A stretch of 64,000 nt of DNA from Neocallimastix sp. 'constans' (GCA_050613775.1 JBODTK010000001.1:620001-684000); one strand, 5' to 3'; shown: positions 33,356-45,072, counted from the first letter of the stretch. Program-made: numbers and translations. The notes: generated by a model not told the origin, from the sequence alone.

Positions 33356-36300
33356 TCAAGCTTCTCTGTAAGCGGAGTTAAACTTTACTAAATTTTTAAA
33401 GTGAACATTCCTATCGAGTTGCTTTCCAGTCTTCTGATCGATTAGGGTTGCCGTGTTGAATTGAATTTTTAAAATTTTAAATGGTCCATTGTAATATGGT
33501 TCTAGCTTAGTGCGGCTAAAGTTTCTAACAAGAACAAGATCACCAGCCTTTAATTCTTTTCCTTTTTTCATACTTATTTGTTCTTCTCGTCTTGTTGCCC
33601 AATACTTGTTAGCATTCTTCACATTTTCGCATGCTTCTCTAGTCCATTGATAATGACGAACAAATTTTTCCATTAAGATTTCATCATATGATTTACCTGC
33701 ATTTTCAATTGTTCTTATGGCTATATCATAAGGCTGTTGGTCTTCTCTTCCATATACTAATTCAAAACTAGAATGTCCAGTAGCTGTATTTTTGGTAGTT
33801 CGAAGTGCCCATAAAGCAGAAGGTAAAACTTCATCCCAATCTTGATTTTTCCTTCCTAATAAACGGAGTAATTTTCCAATTTCTTTATTTCGATTTTCAG
33901 TAAGGCCATTTGATTCAGGGTGGTAAGTAGCTACAAATTTAACATATACATCATAAAGATCAAGAAAGATTTTAGTCATATCAGAAGTGAATTGGACTCC
34001 ATTATCAGTAGTAATAACTTGAGGTACACCATGTCTTGCAAAAACGTTTATTAAAAATTTAATTATATCAGAGGAAGTTATGTTTTCAGTGGGTTCGGCT
34101 TCAACCCATTTGGTAAAGTAATCAACAGTTACTATAATATATTGATTATTATTTCTTGTTTTTGGTAACGGTCCTATAATATCTAATCCTAAATGCACAA
34201 AGGGACCCTCCACTTTAGTTGGATGGTTTTCGGTTGGTTCTGGATATGGTTGAGGACGATTTAATTGGCATTTTTCACAATTACTAACAATTCTTTTGAT
34301 ATCTTTAATCATATGATTCCAATAAAAGTTTTTCTTAAGTCTTTGATATGTTTTGTAATATCCTTCGTGGCCAATATTATGAGCTTCTAAAATTAATTTA
34401 AACCTTTCATTTTCGTCCGTTATTAATTTTCTATAATTTCCATTGTCGATAAAGTAATCTTCACCATCAATAACAGTAAACTTTTCATTAATAAATTCCT
34501 TTATAACCTTAGATAATAATTCTTCATTATTTCCATTAGTAATTTTTGTTAATAATATCTTTCTCTCTTCCTTACTTTTCATTCTTGAAAGAGCATCAGC
34601 TAACACATTCTTTTTGCCTGATTCATATTTTATATTAATTCCAAGCATACTAGCGGTTAGACACCATCTTGTTTGCCTTGCATTCAAAGGTTCTTTATTC
34701 TTAAATAAACCAACTAATGGTTTATGATCTGTGTAAATAGTTGTAGGTAATGGATTTCCTTCAATATAAGATTTAAATTTAGTCATACAGTAAAACAAAG
34801 CGGTTCCTTCTAAATCGGTAATACCATAATTCTTTTCAGCTTTCTTTAAACTTCTACTTATAAAGTGTATTGGATGCTCCTTACCGGTTTCTTCTTCTTT
34901 TTGTAAAAGAACTCCACCAATTCCATTATACGAAGCATCAGTTCTAATGATAAAAGGTTTGTCAAATGACGGAAATTTTAGAATAGGTGCATTGATTAAT
35001 TTTTCTTTTAGGAGTTCAAAGCTTTCTTGTTGTTCTTTATTCCATTCATATTTAGTATTCTTTTTCAATAATTTACATAAAGGTGAGGTAATTTGAGCAT
35101 ATTTAGGAATAAAATCACGATAATATCCCACTGCTCCTAAAAATGATCTTAATTCATGAAGTGATGAAGGGGCTTCCCACTTCTTAATAGCTGTTATCTT
35201 ACTTTCCATGGGACTTAATCCTTTAGTAGTAAGTTTGTGACCTAATACATCAACTTCAGTTTGAAGAAAATGGCACTTTTCAATATTAATTTTTAACTTG
35301 TTTTCTTTAAATACTTCTAATACTTGTTTAATATGAATTAAATGTTCTTCGATACTTTTTGAATAGATCAAAACATCATCAATAAATACATAAACAAATT
35401 CACCAATAAAAGGGAATAAAATTTTATTCATTTCTCTTTGGAAGGTTGAGGGAGCTCCAGTAAGTCCAAAAGGCATAACCTTAAATTGATAATTTCCAAA
35501 CTTAGTAGTGAAAGTGGTTACTTCAACGCTTTCTTCATCCATTAAGATTTGGTGAAAACCAGAAAATAAATCAAGAGTTGTAAATATTTTAGATCCTCCG
35601 AGACTATCAAAAATTTCATCTATATATGGAACTGAATAAGAATCTTTTTCTGTCATATCATTGACTTTTCGGTAGTCAATGCACAAGCGCCACTTTCCAT
35701 TGTGTTTTAGAATAAGTACTACTGGAGATGACCATTCTGAACAGGATGGTTCTATCAATCCTTTCTTAATAAGTTTTGTAAGTTCTTCTTTTAAGATATC
35801 TGATTTTAATTTAGTTAACCTATAACTTCTTAATTTTACTGGCTTTGCATTTGCTTTTAAACGGATCTTATGTGGTGAAAGTTTAGAAGGAGTTAGTTCT
35901 TCTGTTGAAGTGGCAACTATGTCAATCATTTCTTTGAGAATTTTAATAATTTGTTCTTTATAATCTTTATTTAAGGTACTTAAAAATTCATCACTCTCAA
36001 TAAATTCCATTGGAGTTAATTCCTTTATAATTTCCTTTTCATTATTCGTTTCTTTAACTTTTCTAATAGTGCAAATTATACTTTCTTCATCATAATATTG
36101 ATTATTTATTTTAGCTATTTCTTCGTATTCACTTTCTGACAAAAGTTTACATAAACTGTTTAAGGTCGGATGAATAAATAAACAATGATCGATTTGAGTT
36201 TTAAAGTTTATTAACATATCATAAAAAGAGTCTTCTTTCTCAATAATTCTAAAGTCCGCATTAAATTCATAATTATTAATTTTTACTGGTAATCGAACAA

Positions 36301-37366
36301 TAATTCCTTCCGAGTATTCTTCATCTTGTGTTGCTAGTTGGATTCTTCCACGACTTTTTCCAACTGTTTCATATTCACCAGGTAATTTATCAAAATACTG
36401 CTTAGTAACGATGCTTAGGTTACTACAAGAATCAATTAAAAGTTTTCCTAGTACTCCGTCAACACTTGCATCAACCATTGCTAAGTCTTCTTCGGCTACT
36501 TCATTACTTTTACTTATGTAGCTATGATCATAGTTATTTACTAATAAAGTTCGTGCTATTACATTGTCTACAGTCCCAATTATTTTAGACTTTTCTAACT
36601 TTAAACCTTGAGTTAATTGTGAACGAATTTTCGGACATGCATTCAAGAGTTGACCTATCGTAATACTGGATTTAAGATTATTTAAATCATCCATAATATT
36701 GTAAGGTTCTTTATTATTCATCATTTTAATATTCCTTTTTACTAACTGAGTATTTCCATTATTAGTTTCTTTAGTTTTTGTTGAAATTAATTTTTCCAAA
36801 GTATTAGTTTTATTTTGTTGATTATCTTTATTCATTTCTAGATCTTCTATTTCATTATCGATTACGAGTATATCTTCAGATTCAACTTTTTCCTTTCCTT
36901 TTGATGAATAATTGTTGTTTTCTTCTTTACTTTCTCTTACTCTTGTTATTTTTCTTAATTCCTTTTCTTTTTGTTTTTCTTTGTTAATATTTGGTTGAGT
37001 TAAAATTGAAGGAAGTATTTGATTTTTATAAACTTTATTTGGTTTATTATGTAGCTCATTTTCTTTCTTCTTTCTTAAAGCAGGAGTTGCGAAAGGACGT
37101 GGATTATCTTTTAAACTTTTATGTACTTTCTTGGAATTATTTTCTTCTTTTTCGCTGTTATTATCATTCATTTTTCTTTTTATAGCATTTATAATGATAT
37201 CATCCTCACTTTCAGTTGTGTCACTAAAATCAGATTCTTCAGATTCTTCATTAAAGGAATTATTATCAATTGGAGTATTCTTAGTAAAAGTATTATTTTG
37301 TAAATTATTTAATGAAGCTATTGTTTTGTCATTGGGAGTGCTTCTGCTCCCATTTAGAAGTTTAAA
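33356..37366 (-). CDS. A2 Pol (PR-RT-RH-IN), entered by -1 frameshift from gag
   Basis: Frame is open from the slippery site at 37366 through the 1271-aa ORF; LIDSCS, FIDD, RTDAS, HNIGH/CEKC, DDE and GPF motifs. Confidence 0.93.
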   Translation of the reverse strand, partial: FKLLNGSRSTPNDKTIASLNNLQNNTFTKNTPIDNNSFNEESEESDFSDTTESEDDIIINAIKRKMNDNNSEKEENNSKKVHKSLKDNPRPFATPALRKKKENELHNKPNKVYKNQILPSILTQPNINKEKQKEKELRKITRVRESKEENNNYSSKGKEKVESEDILVIDNEIEDLEMNKDNQQNKTNTLEKLISTKTKETNNGNTQLVKRNIKMMNNKEPYNIMDDLNNLKSSITIGQLLNACPKIRSQLTQGLKLEKSKIIGTVDNVIARTLLVNNYDHSYISKSNEVAEEDLAMVDASVDGVLGKLLIDSCSNLSIVTKQYFDKLPGEYETVGKSRGRIQLATQDEEYSEGIIVRLPVKINNYEFNADFRIIEKEDSFYDMLINFKTQIDHCLFIHPTLNSLCKLLSESEYEEIAKINNQYYDEESIICTIRKVKETNNEKEIIKELTPMEFIESDEFLSTLNKDYKEQIIKILKEMIDIVATSTEELTPSKLSPHKIRLKANAKPVKLRSYRLTKLKSDILKEELTKLIKKGLIEPSCSEWSSPVVLILKHNGKWRLCIDYRKVNDMTEKDSYSVPYIDEIFDSLGGSKIFTTLDLFSGFHQILMDEESVEVTTFTTKFGNYQFKVMPFGLTGAPSTFQREMNKILFPFIGEFVYVFIDDVLIYSKSIEEHLIHIKQVLEVFKENKLKINIEKCHFLQTEVDVLGHKLTTKGLSPMESKITAIKKWEAPSSLHELRSFLGAVGYYRDFIPKYAQITSPLCKLLKKNTKYEWNKEQQESFELLKEKLINAPILKFPSFDKPFIIRTDASYNGIGGVLLQKEEETGKEHPIHFISRSLKKAEKNYGITDLEGTALFYCMTKFKSYIEGNPLPTTIYTDHKPLVGLFKNKEPLNARQTRWCLTASMLGINIKYESGKKNVLADALSRMKSKEERKILLTKITNGNNEELLSKVIKEFINEKFTVIDGEDYFIDNGNYRKLITDENERFKLILEAHNIGHEGYYKTYQRLKKNFYWNHMIKDIKRIVSNCEKCQLNRPQPYPEPTENHPTKVEGPFVHLGLDIIGPLPKTRNNNQYIIVTVDYFTKWVEAEPTENITSSDIIKFLINVFARHGVPQVITTDNGVQFTSDMTKIFLDLYDVYVKFVATYHPESNGLTENRNKEIGKLLRLLGRKNQDWDEVLPSALWALRTTKNTATGHSSFELVYGREDQQPYDIAIRTIENAGKSYDEILMEKFVRHYQWTREACENVKNANKYWATRREEQISMKKGKELKAGDLVLVRNFSRTKLEPYYNGPFKILKIQFNTATLIDQKTGKQLDRNVHFKNLVKFNSAYREA
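37314..37366 (-). promoter_or_regulatory. -1 ribosomal frameshift signal (U UUA AAC plus H-type pseudoknot)
   Basis: TTTAAAC-8nt-GGGAG CA GAAGC A CTCCC-15nt-GCTTC; same geometry at 57311-57363. Confidence 0.85.
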
Positions 37367-38265
37367 GACTTTTTGGAATATATTTCTTTTTTATTTTTTT
37401 CCATAATCTTATTTAATTGAGGGCAATAGTATGAGTAATGACCTTCTTCCTTACAGAAGAAGCAAGTTTTAACAGATAAATTTCTCATTTTCTGGGTTGA
37501 TTCTTCTATAATATCTTGAGGTTTCAGTTTATTATTTGTTTGACTTGTTTGGAAAGTTTCGTTTCTTCTTTTAGGATAAAGTCTTGAAGTAGTACTGTTT
37601 TGATTATTTTGATTATGCTGGGAATTATTAACATTATAGGTATTAATATTATTGTTCCTTACAGAAAGTCTATCTACTTTCTCGGCAATTTTGAAAGCTT
37701 TCTCCATACTTATATCATCTTTAAGGGATAATTTCTTCCAGGCTTCATAATTATTTTGAATAGAATCAATATAATCTAGTACACCGATGCGCTTTCTTCT
37801 CTTTTTATCAAGTTTAGTGTACAAAGTTCTATATCTTACATTAAAGTCCTTAATCTTTTCGTTTCTTTTAATTCGCATTGCACGAAGTTCTTTAAGAAGT
37901 AAATTTTGGTCTTCTTTAATACCGTAAAAATTTTCAAGACTTGAAATAATTTTTCCAAGAGAAGGAAATTTAATATCATCATCAACATTTTCTTCTTCAT
38001 CATGTTCTTCTTCTTCATCTGATGAATCATCACTTTCATCATCACTATCTTCTCCCAAATCTTCAATAACGCGTTGTACTTCACCAGAGCTGGTAAGTAA
38101 ACAAGCATTAAATATTGTTTCTGGATCTGTGATACCTTGTATCTTGATCCAAAGTTTCAATTCAGTAGCCCAGGACTTAATATCTAAATTGTCCTTGCTA
38201 AGTTTCACAATATCTCTCAATTCTTTTTTCAATTCTTTAAAGCTCAAAGTTGTTTCTTTGGACAT
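37354..38265 (-). CDS. A2 Gag
   Basis: ATG at 38265 (MSKETTL, shared with A1); CFFCKEEGHYSYYC knuckle. Confidence 0.93.
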   Translation of the reverse strand: MSKETTLSFKELKKELRDIVKLSKDNLDIKSWATELKLWIKIQGITDPETIFNACLLTSSGEVQRVIEDLGEDSDDESDDSSDEEEEHDEEENVDDDIKFPSLGKIISSLENFYGIKEDQNLLLKELRAMRIKRNEKIKDFNVRYRTLYTKLDKKRRKRIGVLDYIDSIQNNYEAWKKLSLKDDISMEKAFKIAEKVDRLSVRNNNINTYNVNNSQHNQNNQNSTTSRLYPKRRNETFQTSQTNNKLKPQDIIEESTQKMRNLSVKTCFFCKEEGHYSYYCPQLNKIMEKNKKEIYSKKSLNF

Positions 38266-38424
38266 TTTGTCTAAATATGAGGTGATTAAATACAAATAAA
38301 TTTGGGAAATCCAACTTTCAAAATGTAATTTAATAGGTAATTTAATATCGAATCAATTTTTAAAACAATATATTTTAGTAACTTTTGAAAATAATAATTT
38401 TATTTGCTTTCTTTAGTAGATATA

Positions 38425-38770
38425 AGCTCGAAATCCTTATCGACAACTTAGTAGAAATTATAAAGCACGAGGTTCTTTTCGACTACTTTATTAAGAATAA
38501 TTTTAAGTTCGAAATCTTTATCGACAACTTAATAGAATAATTTTAAGTTCGAAGTCTTTATCGACAACTTAATAGAATAATTTTAAGTTCGAAATCTTTA
38601 TCGACAACTTAATAGAATAATTTTAAGTTCGAAATCTTTATCGACAACTTAATAGAATAATTTTAAGTTCGAAATCTTTATCGACAACTTAATGGAATAA
38701 TTTTAAGTTCGAAATCTTTATCGACAACTTAATGGAATAATTTTAAGTTCGAAATCTTTATCGACCACTT
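38425..38770 (-). repeat. Tandem 40-bp hairpin array in A2 leader (9 units)
   Basis: Seven near-perfect units at 38505-38770 plus two diverged units. Confidence 0.93.
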
Positions 38771-39771
38771 GAATTTTGTAATTTAGTATATTTGTAGTAA
38801 TAAATTTAGAAGCAAAGTTTTATTTATTATTTTCACCTTTCAAAAATTTTTCTTTTTAAACGATAAATATTGTATTGTTATAGCTAATAAAATTATTAAT
38901 TAATTATAATTATTAAATACAAAAAAATAATCTTTATTGTCGTACAATCTGATAGTACACACTGTCTGACGTGCAGCTTACCTAATGGTGTCATGCCACG
39001 CGTGTGCCACGATTACTATATTCAATATAAAATATAGCAGTTCAGAGCCCACTAGCCCAATTACTATGTAGGATAAACTTAATCCGATAATCTATGTACG
39101 GAATAAAAAAATTTTAAAAGTATTCAATAATATTTTTATTAACTAATAAAAATTAACTAAAAACACAATATTTTCAAAGTAAATTAAGATTCTATTACAG
39201 GAATTATATAACAAATAAAGTACCAGTAATAAAAAAAAATAAAAAAAATTTAAATGGCGAAGTTAGCCAAAGTCTGATACTTTATATAATAAAGTGCCTT
39301 ATAACTAGCACAAAGAAAAGTAAAAAAAATTATATAAAAAAAAACAATCTTACGCCTTCGGTGACGTAAGCTCCTTATTCGCCAGTGCTTGGAAAGTACC
39401 CGCACCTTCGTGTGTTGAAACGTTGAAGGTTGAACTATTATTACCGGGTCGGTAACCAAATACCTTCGTCTACTTTCCAATTAATCTCCAAATTAACTAC
39501 TATTCAATAACCTACTATGAATAGAGTTAATTTGTTGCTATCTGAGAATACACTGTGTATGAGCTCTATCCGCTCCTTGTTATAATTTTACAAAATTTGT
39601 TTTTTTAGAATCTTAATTTTACTTATTTAAAAAAAAATTTTTTTTTTATATATATATATCAAACAAGCGCCATAGGTTAATCAAAGGATTAACGACTTAC
39701 TTGTTTATCAATATAAAATAAAAAAAAAATTAAAAAAAAATCTATGTTATTTACTATTATTTCTATTTAAT

Positions 39772-39789
39772 TCCCCGATATCTCCACCA
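39772..39789 (-). promoter_or_regulatory. tRNA-Ala PBS of A2
   Basis: TCCCCGATATCTCCACCA, 6 nt from the LTR. Confidence 0.85.
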
Positions 39790-39795
39790 TATAAA

Positions 39796-40098
39796 TGTTA
39801 AGGTTTTAGAGAATTAAATAAAAATAAAGTAAGGAAACACAAATTTTATTTATTTATTTATTATTTTTATTTATAAATTTATTTGATTTTATTTGATGAT
39901 ATTTAAAAATTAGTAGCAAAATTTACAACTATTTATACTTTTTTTTCAAGGCATAAAAGTTGTTCTTGCCACTAAATTACATTTTATTATTATTTTTCTT
40001 TTTATATATGAAACTATTAAATTTAAATTGATTTTTATAATCAATTATATAAAATTTAATTATAACAATATAAATAAAATGCATTTATAATATTAATA

Positions 40099-40145
<47 letters not shown>

Positions 40146-40627
40146 CTATCTAAAATATTACTAATAAGAATTTATTTAATTGGCTAAAATTTTTATTACA
40201 ATCTGTTAAAATATTCAAATAAAAATAAAAATACTATTCTAATATAAAGGTTTTTAATAAAATAAAATATTTTTCAATATAAAATAAAACATTTCGATAT
40301 AAAATTTTATAATAAAAAGTTAAAATATAATATATAAATTTTTAATTATCAATATATAAAAATATTATTAATATAAATTTTCATTATTAATATAAAAAAA
40401 ATAAGATTTATTATTAATATTGCTAATATAAGTTTTAAATATATAAAAATATTACTATTAATATAAGATTTAATATAAAAATATAAAGTTTAATATAATT
40501 TTTGATTTAATTTTTGATCTTTGGATTTAAAAATTTATTAAAGTACAAAAATAATAATGTACACATAATGTATTAGAAATAAATCGTAGATTTAATTAAG
40601 AATGCATTATTTAGTACATTCTTATCA
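39796..40627 (-). repeat. 5' LTR of A2
   Basis: TGTTAAG...CTTATCA termini. Confidence 0.97.
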
Positions 40628-40641
40628 ATTAATTAGTGAAA

Positions 40642-40713
40642 TCCGCACTGGTCCAGTGGCTAGGATTCCACGCTCTCACCGTGGCGGCCGGGGTTCGATT
40701 CCCCGGTGCGGAG
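40642..40713 (+). tRNA. tRNA-Glu(CTC)
   Basis: Acceptor TCCGCAC/GTGCGGA; anticodon arm CCACG-CTCTCAC-CGTGG; T arm CGGGG-TTCGATT-CCCCG; 72 nt. Confidence 0.97.
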
Positions 40714-40716
40714 ACC

Positions 40717-40726
40717 TTTTTTTTTT
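40717..40726 (+). terminator. Pol III oligo-T terminator
   Basis: T10 run starting 4 nt after the tRNA end. Confidence 0.85.
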
Positions 40727-41424
40727 CCAACGATATGGAACTGCTTTTCCAATGTCCATTGAGGGTTGAAGGAAAAGGAATAGCCTATATTAGTAGTTCT
40801 AATTACAGTTTTCTGTAGTTCTGATGATAATTAATGGAGAACTACGATGAGAGAAAATATGGAATTTAAGAGGACTGTAGATAGTGAACCTGATGTTTTA
40901 TGTATTGTTTTTTAAATTGGATATGTAATAACAATGGAGTTGTATAATTAATAATGTCATGTTGTTTCTACATATTTTCATTTTCTTTCAATGAATCTAT
41001 CGTATTTTTTATTATATGAATTTTTCTATAGTATTTTTTAAACTCGAATGTAGCTATTGTAAAATAGAAATGTATTAGATTTTATTCACTCCAATGCTTC
41101 TGTATAAGAATTTATTTAACGAATAGGAATCTTTTAATAGCTTTTCATTATTAAAAATTTATTTACCATTATATTTTAGTTAATATATGATTATTTTTAT
41201 GAAAATTATTACATTACACCGTTATTTTTTTTATGGTTTAGAGAATCAAAAATTCAAAGATAAAAAAAAAAGTGTGTGATTATTCATTATATTAAATTGT
41301 ACAATTATTAAATTTTATTTAAATAATTATCAAATAGAACAAAAAAAATTTTTATATTATTTCAATTATTTTTTTAATTTTCTATATTTATTTTATTTTA
41401 TTTTTTTTATTATATTTTATTGTA

Positions 41425-41835
41425 TTCTTTTTTTCATTGTTATTATTGTTATTATTATTATTATTGTTATTATTATTATTGTTATTATTATTATTATTTT
41501 TTATTTTTATTATTTATTTTTTATTTTTTATTTTTTATATTTATTTTTTATTTTTTATTTTTATTATTTTATTTTATTTATTATTATTTTTTACTTTTTA
41601 TATTTATATTTACATTTATATTTATATTTATATTTATATTTATATTTATATTTATATTTATATTTATATTTATATTTATATTTATATTTATATTTATATT
41701 TATATTTATATTTATATTTATATTTATATTTATATTTATATTTATATTTATATTTATTTATATTTATATTTATATTTATATTTATATTTATATTTATATT
41801 TATTTTTTAATTTTAATTTTAATTTTAATTTTAAT
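41425..41835. repeat. Compound microsatellite (TTA)n/(TATTTA)n/(TTTTAA)n
   Basis: Direct reading. Confidence 0.95.
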
Positions 41836-42482
41836 TTTTTTATTTTATATATATATTTATTAGTTTTTAGTAATTTAGTTTTACTTTAGTTTCATTTTTA
41901 TCAATTTATAATATGATTCATTATGGAAAAGATATTTCACCGGGGATTCTCGCTATTATGGAATATCTTTTGGCAACACAAGGTTAATTTTTATCTGTGG
42001 TATACACTCATTGACCATTGCTAAAATGATGAAATTTATTCATTCTAGATGTAAAAAGAATTCAGGAATAATATTTTGTCAATGAAAAGAAATACTAAAA
42101 TCAATGACAGTTTCTTCAAGATAAAAAGTATATACTCCAAATTTCAACTATGAAAAATTTGAAATAACATTAAGAAATAGATTCCAGGAGTTAAAATTTT
42201 ATATTAAAAATGTTCCAAATGGAATTGAAATCATTCTTTTAAGCATTTAAAATAAAATTTAATATCCAATAATAAATTCATTAATAAAAATTCAGCAAAT
42301 CTCAGTACAACTAATATAGTAAATGTTATAAATGGCAAACATGAACTCATTGTTCCCTATATACCTAATTGTATTTCTCCGTATTCAATGTCACATTCTA
42401 AAATAGGAAAGTATTCTTTTTCGTCTTAGTTGGAATACCAATGGATGGAATTTTATGAAAAAAAGATTGTTTAGAGCACATC

Positions 42483-43213
42483 TGTAAAATGTTCCTTATG
42501 GAGCAGATTACAATTACAAAAAAAACAAAAACAACAAAAACATTATCAATAATAATACACAAATCAAATGAAATTTATTTTATTAAAAAAATTCTTTTAT
42601 TAATCTCTTTATTATAAAAAGAATTTTTATTAGTTATTAACAGCAAAATAGTTAATAACAACTACATTTTTTTAATAGAATAATTTTACATGTATTTATA
42701 TTTTTTCTTAATTATATTATAATATACTATTTCTATTTATTTAAACATATATTCAATATAAAATAAACAAAAACTAATCTAAAATTAAATAAAATTATAA
42801 AAAACTAAAACTAATTCAATAAGCTTTTTATTCAATTTGTTTTGACTCAAATTGAATAAGTTCTTATTTATTATTCATTTATTATTCTTTTATTATTAAT
42901 ACTATTAATTATATATTACTATTTAATTTTTATGATTATTAAACTAAACTAAAATTAAACTAAACGAAAATTATTAAAGTATTTTATTACAAAATTTTAG
43001 GTTATTCAAAAATTAATCTTATATTTTTAAATTTATATATTATATGAAATATAAATTTATTATTAATTTTCATAAATCAATTAATTTCATAAATTAATAT
43101 ATTTTACATAATTTAATGCATTAGCATTATTTTGTAAACGTGAATTACATTAAATAATTTAATGTACAAAATAAATTAATTAATGTACTAAAGATATTGA
43201 TTATATCTTTACA
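42483..43213. repeat. Solo LTR, family F, inserted in LINE endonuclease
   Basis: TGTAAA...TTTACA; TSD ACATC; inverted homolog at 53944-54606. Confidence 0.92.
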
Positions 43214-43849
43214 ACATCATCCCGATTTTTAAATCATTTATCATATAATTTCAGGAAATGGGTAATTGTACCAATAATTCTAGAAATCCATGAAAAGTAA
43301 CACTTCCCAACTACAAATATTTCAAGAAAAGAATGGATCTAAATATGCCAAGTTACAGAGGTTTATATCTTGGGTATCATGTCTCATATCAAGCAGTACT
43401 TGAAGATAATTCCTATACTCCTTTTATTTCTTTATCAACGTATAATCTATGGAATCACTCCAAGTGTTCTGCTGGTAATGTCTATATTCCCACAAGGAAA
43501 TACTCATTACAAGTCCGATAAGCATTCTCTGAAGTTTTCACATGACTTTAGAATCACACTAATCATCCATCTACTTCTTCTTGGATACTTTAACATGAGC
43601 ACCGCTGATTTACAAGATAAATTAACAGACACAGTAACCTTGGTAACTGGTTTATTCTTCCCGATTAATGGTTCACCTTATTTCATGGATTAGAAGTAGA
43701 TATTCATTAGATATTGATCATGCGTTGATCAACTCATGCCTTTTACTTAAAATTTAATTATAATATTTTTAACTAAATTATAATATTTCTACACGTCACG
43801 TATCACTTTATTAATAATAAATAAAATTTACTTCAAAGGGTTATAAAAA

Positions 43850-44720
43850 TAAAAATAAAAAATTTCAAACAGAATTATGTTTTTATTTTCATTCCTTAAC
43901 AAGATATCCTTCCTTAAAATTTTGGCTTTGGACAAATTATTCTTTATTAAAATTTTAAAATGTATATATTCCTTTTTCGCCAGCTCACTAGAATTAGGAT
44001 AGGCTAAGATGGATGTATTTAATTGAATTTTTATTATTTCAAAGGACCACAAAATATGGTTGTTGTAGCTTAGTTCTTGAAAAGTTTCTCACATATACTT
44101 TATCACCTGGTCTTAAGTTCTTGGCTTCTTTCGTAGAATTCTTTTCGCTTCTTTTTGTGGCCTATAATTCGTTTGTATTCCTTAAAATTTTCGAAAGCTT
44201 TCTTCATCCATTTATAATGATCCACAAATTTTTCTAAAAGAATTTCATCCTAAGATTTATTAGACGTAGGAGTAACATTTCTTGTAATCAATAATTCAAA
44301 AGGTTGATAGTCAAGTTGGCCATACATGGTCAAAGCTAGAATGTTTTGTAGTGGTATTCTTTACAGTTCTTAAGGTCCATAATATCGCAAGTAGAATTTG
44401 GTCCCTAGTCTTCAATTTTCTTTTCGTAAAAGCCTTAAATGCTTACCTATTTCCTTGTTCCTATTCTTTCTGTGAGACCATTAGATTCAGGATGGTAAGT
44501 ATTTGTAAACTTTACGTATTCAGCATTAAAGATCAAGAAAAATTTTAGTAAAGTCGGAAGCGGAAGTAACCTTGGGCTCCATTATCAGTAGTTATGATTT
44601 CCAGTCTTCCAATAAATTGACTTTTTTAAAAGCTCACAAATCTTAGTCCAATCTTCATGTCCCACCTGGTGAGCCTTCAGAATCAATTGAAACTTTTTAT
44701 GCTCATCCTTAACGAATCAA
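43850..44720 (-). pseudogene. Decayed family A-like integrase fragment
   Basis: LWTLRTVKNTT and LRPGDKVYVRNFSRTKL match A2 integrase; many frameshifts. Confidence 0.8.
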
Positions 44721-45072
44721 AGAATTTTGATACGGGCTTGGTTTGAAACACTAAGATATTCAAAACAAAAATAAATATTAATAAGTAAAGATAAAATAAA
44801 TTTTGAAACAAAAATTAAATTTTAAAATATTCTTTATTTAAATTTAAAATTAAAATTATTTGTTCCCAGTATTAAAAAGAAAGAAATTTATTCTTCTTTT
44901 TATATTTTTATTTTAATACATTTTATTTATCTTTATTATATTCTTTAAAAAATAAAACTATTCTAATTATTTTATTATTAACTTTTTAGTATTTTTTTAA
45001 ATTATTTTTAAATTATCTTGTTAAAAAAAGTAACATTTATTAAATTAAACTTTAAAAATTAAATTTGAATGT

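Larger units (their letters stand above)
32506..40627 (-). mobile_element. Full-length, apparently intact Ty3/gypsy element A2
   Basis: Two 832-bp LTRs with no difference seen; 4-bp TSD ATTA (32502-32505 and 40628-40631); intact gag and pol; PBS. Confidence 0.98.
40726..43740 (+). mobile_element. Degenerate LINE remnant (leader, ORF1-like region, APE); boundaries approximate
   Basis: SWNTNGW near 42428; after the inserted solo LTR come NVYIP, LLGYFN and IDHALIN APE-like motifs, parallel to the 7030-7560 region. Confidence 0.7.

Noticed and set aside
38425..38770. CRISPR-like array
   Set aside because: Units are contiguous with no unique spacers, there are no cas genes, and the array lies in a eukaryotic retrotransposon leader
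40636..40818. 60-aa ORF
   Set aside because: Overlaps tRNA-Glu and its terminator
40820..40860. Hammerhead ribozyme (CTGATGA...GAAA)
   Set aside because: No convincing stem II or stem III; CTGA overlaps a competing GTAGTTCT/AGAACTAC hairpin
41420..41889. ORFs of 147 and 150 aa
   Set aside because: Translations of microsatellites
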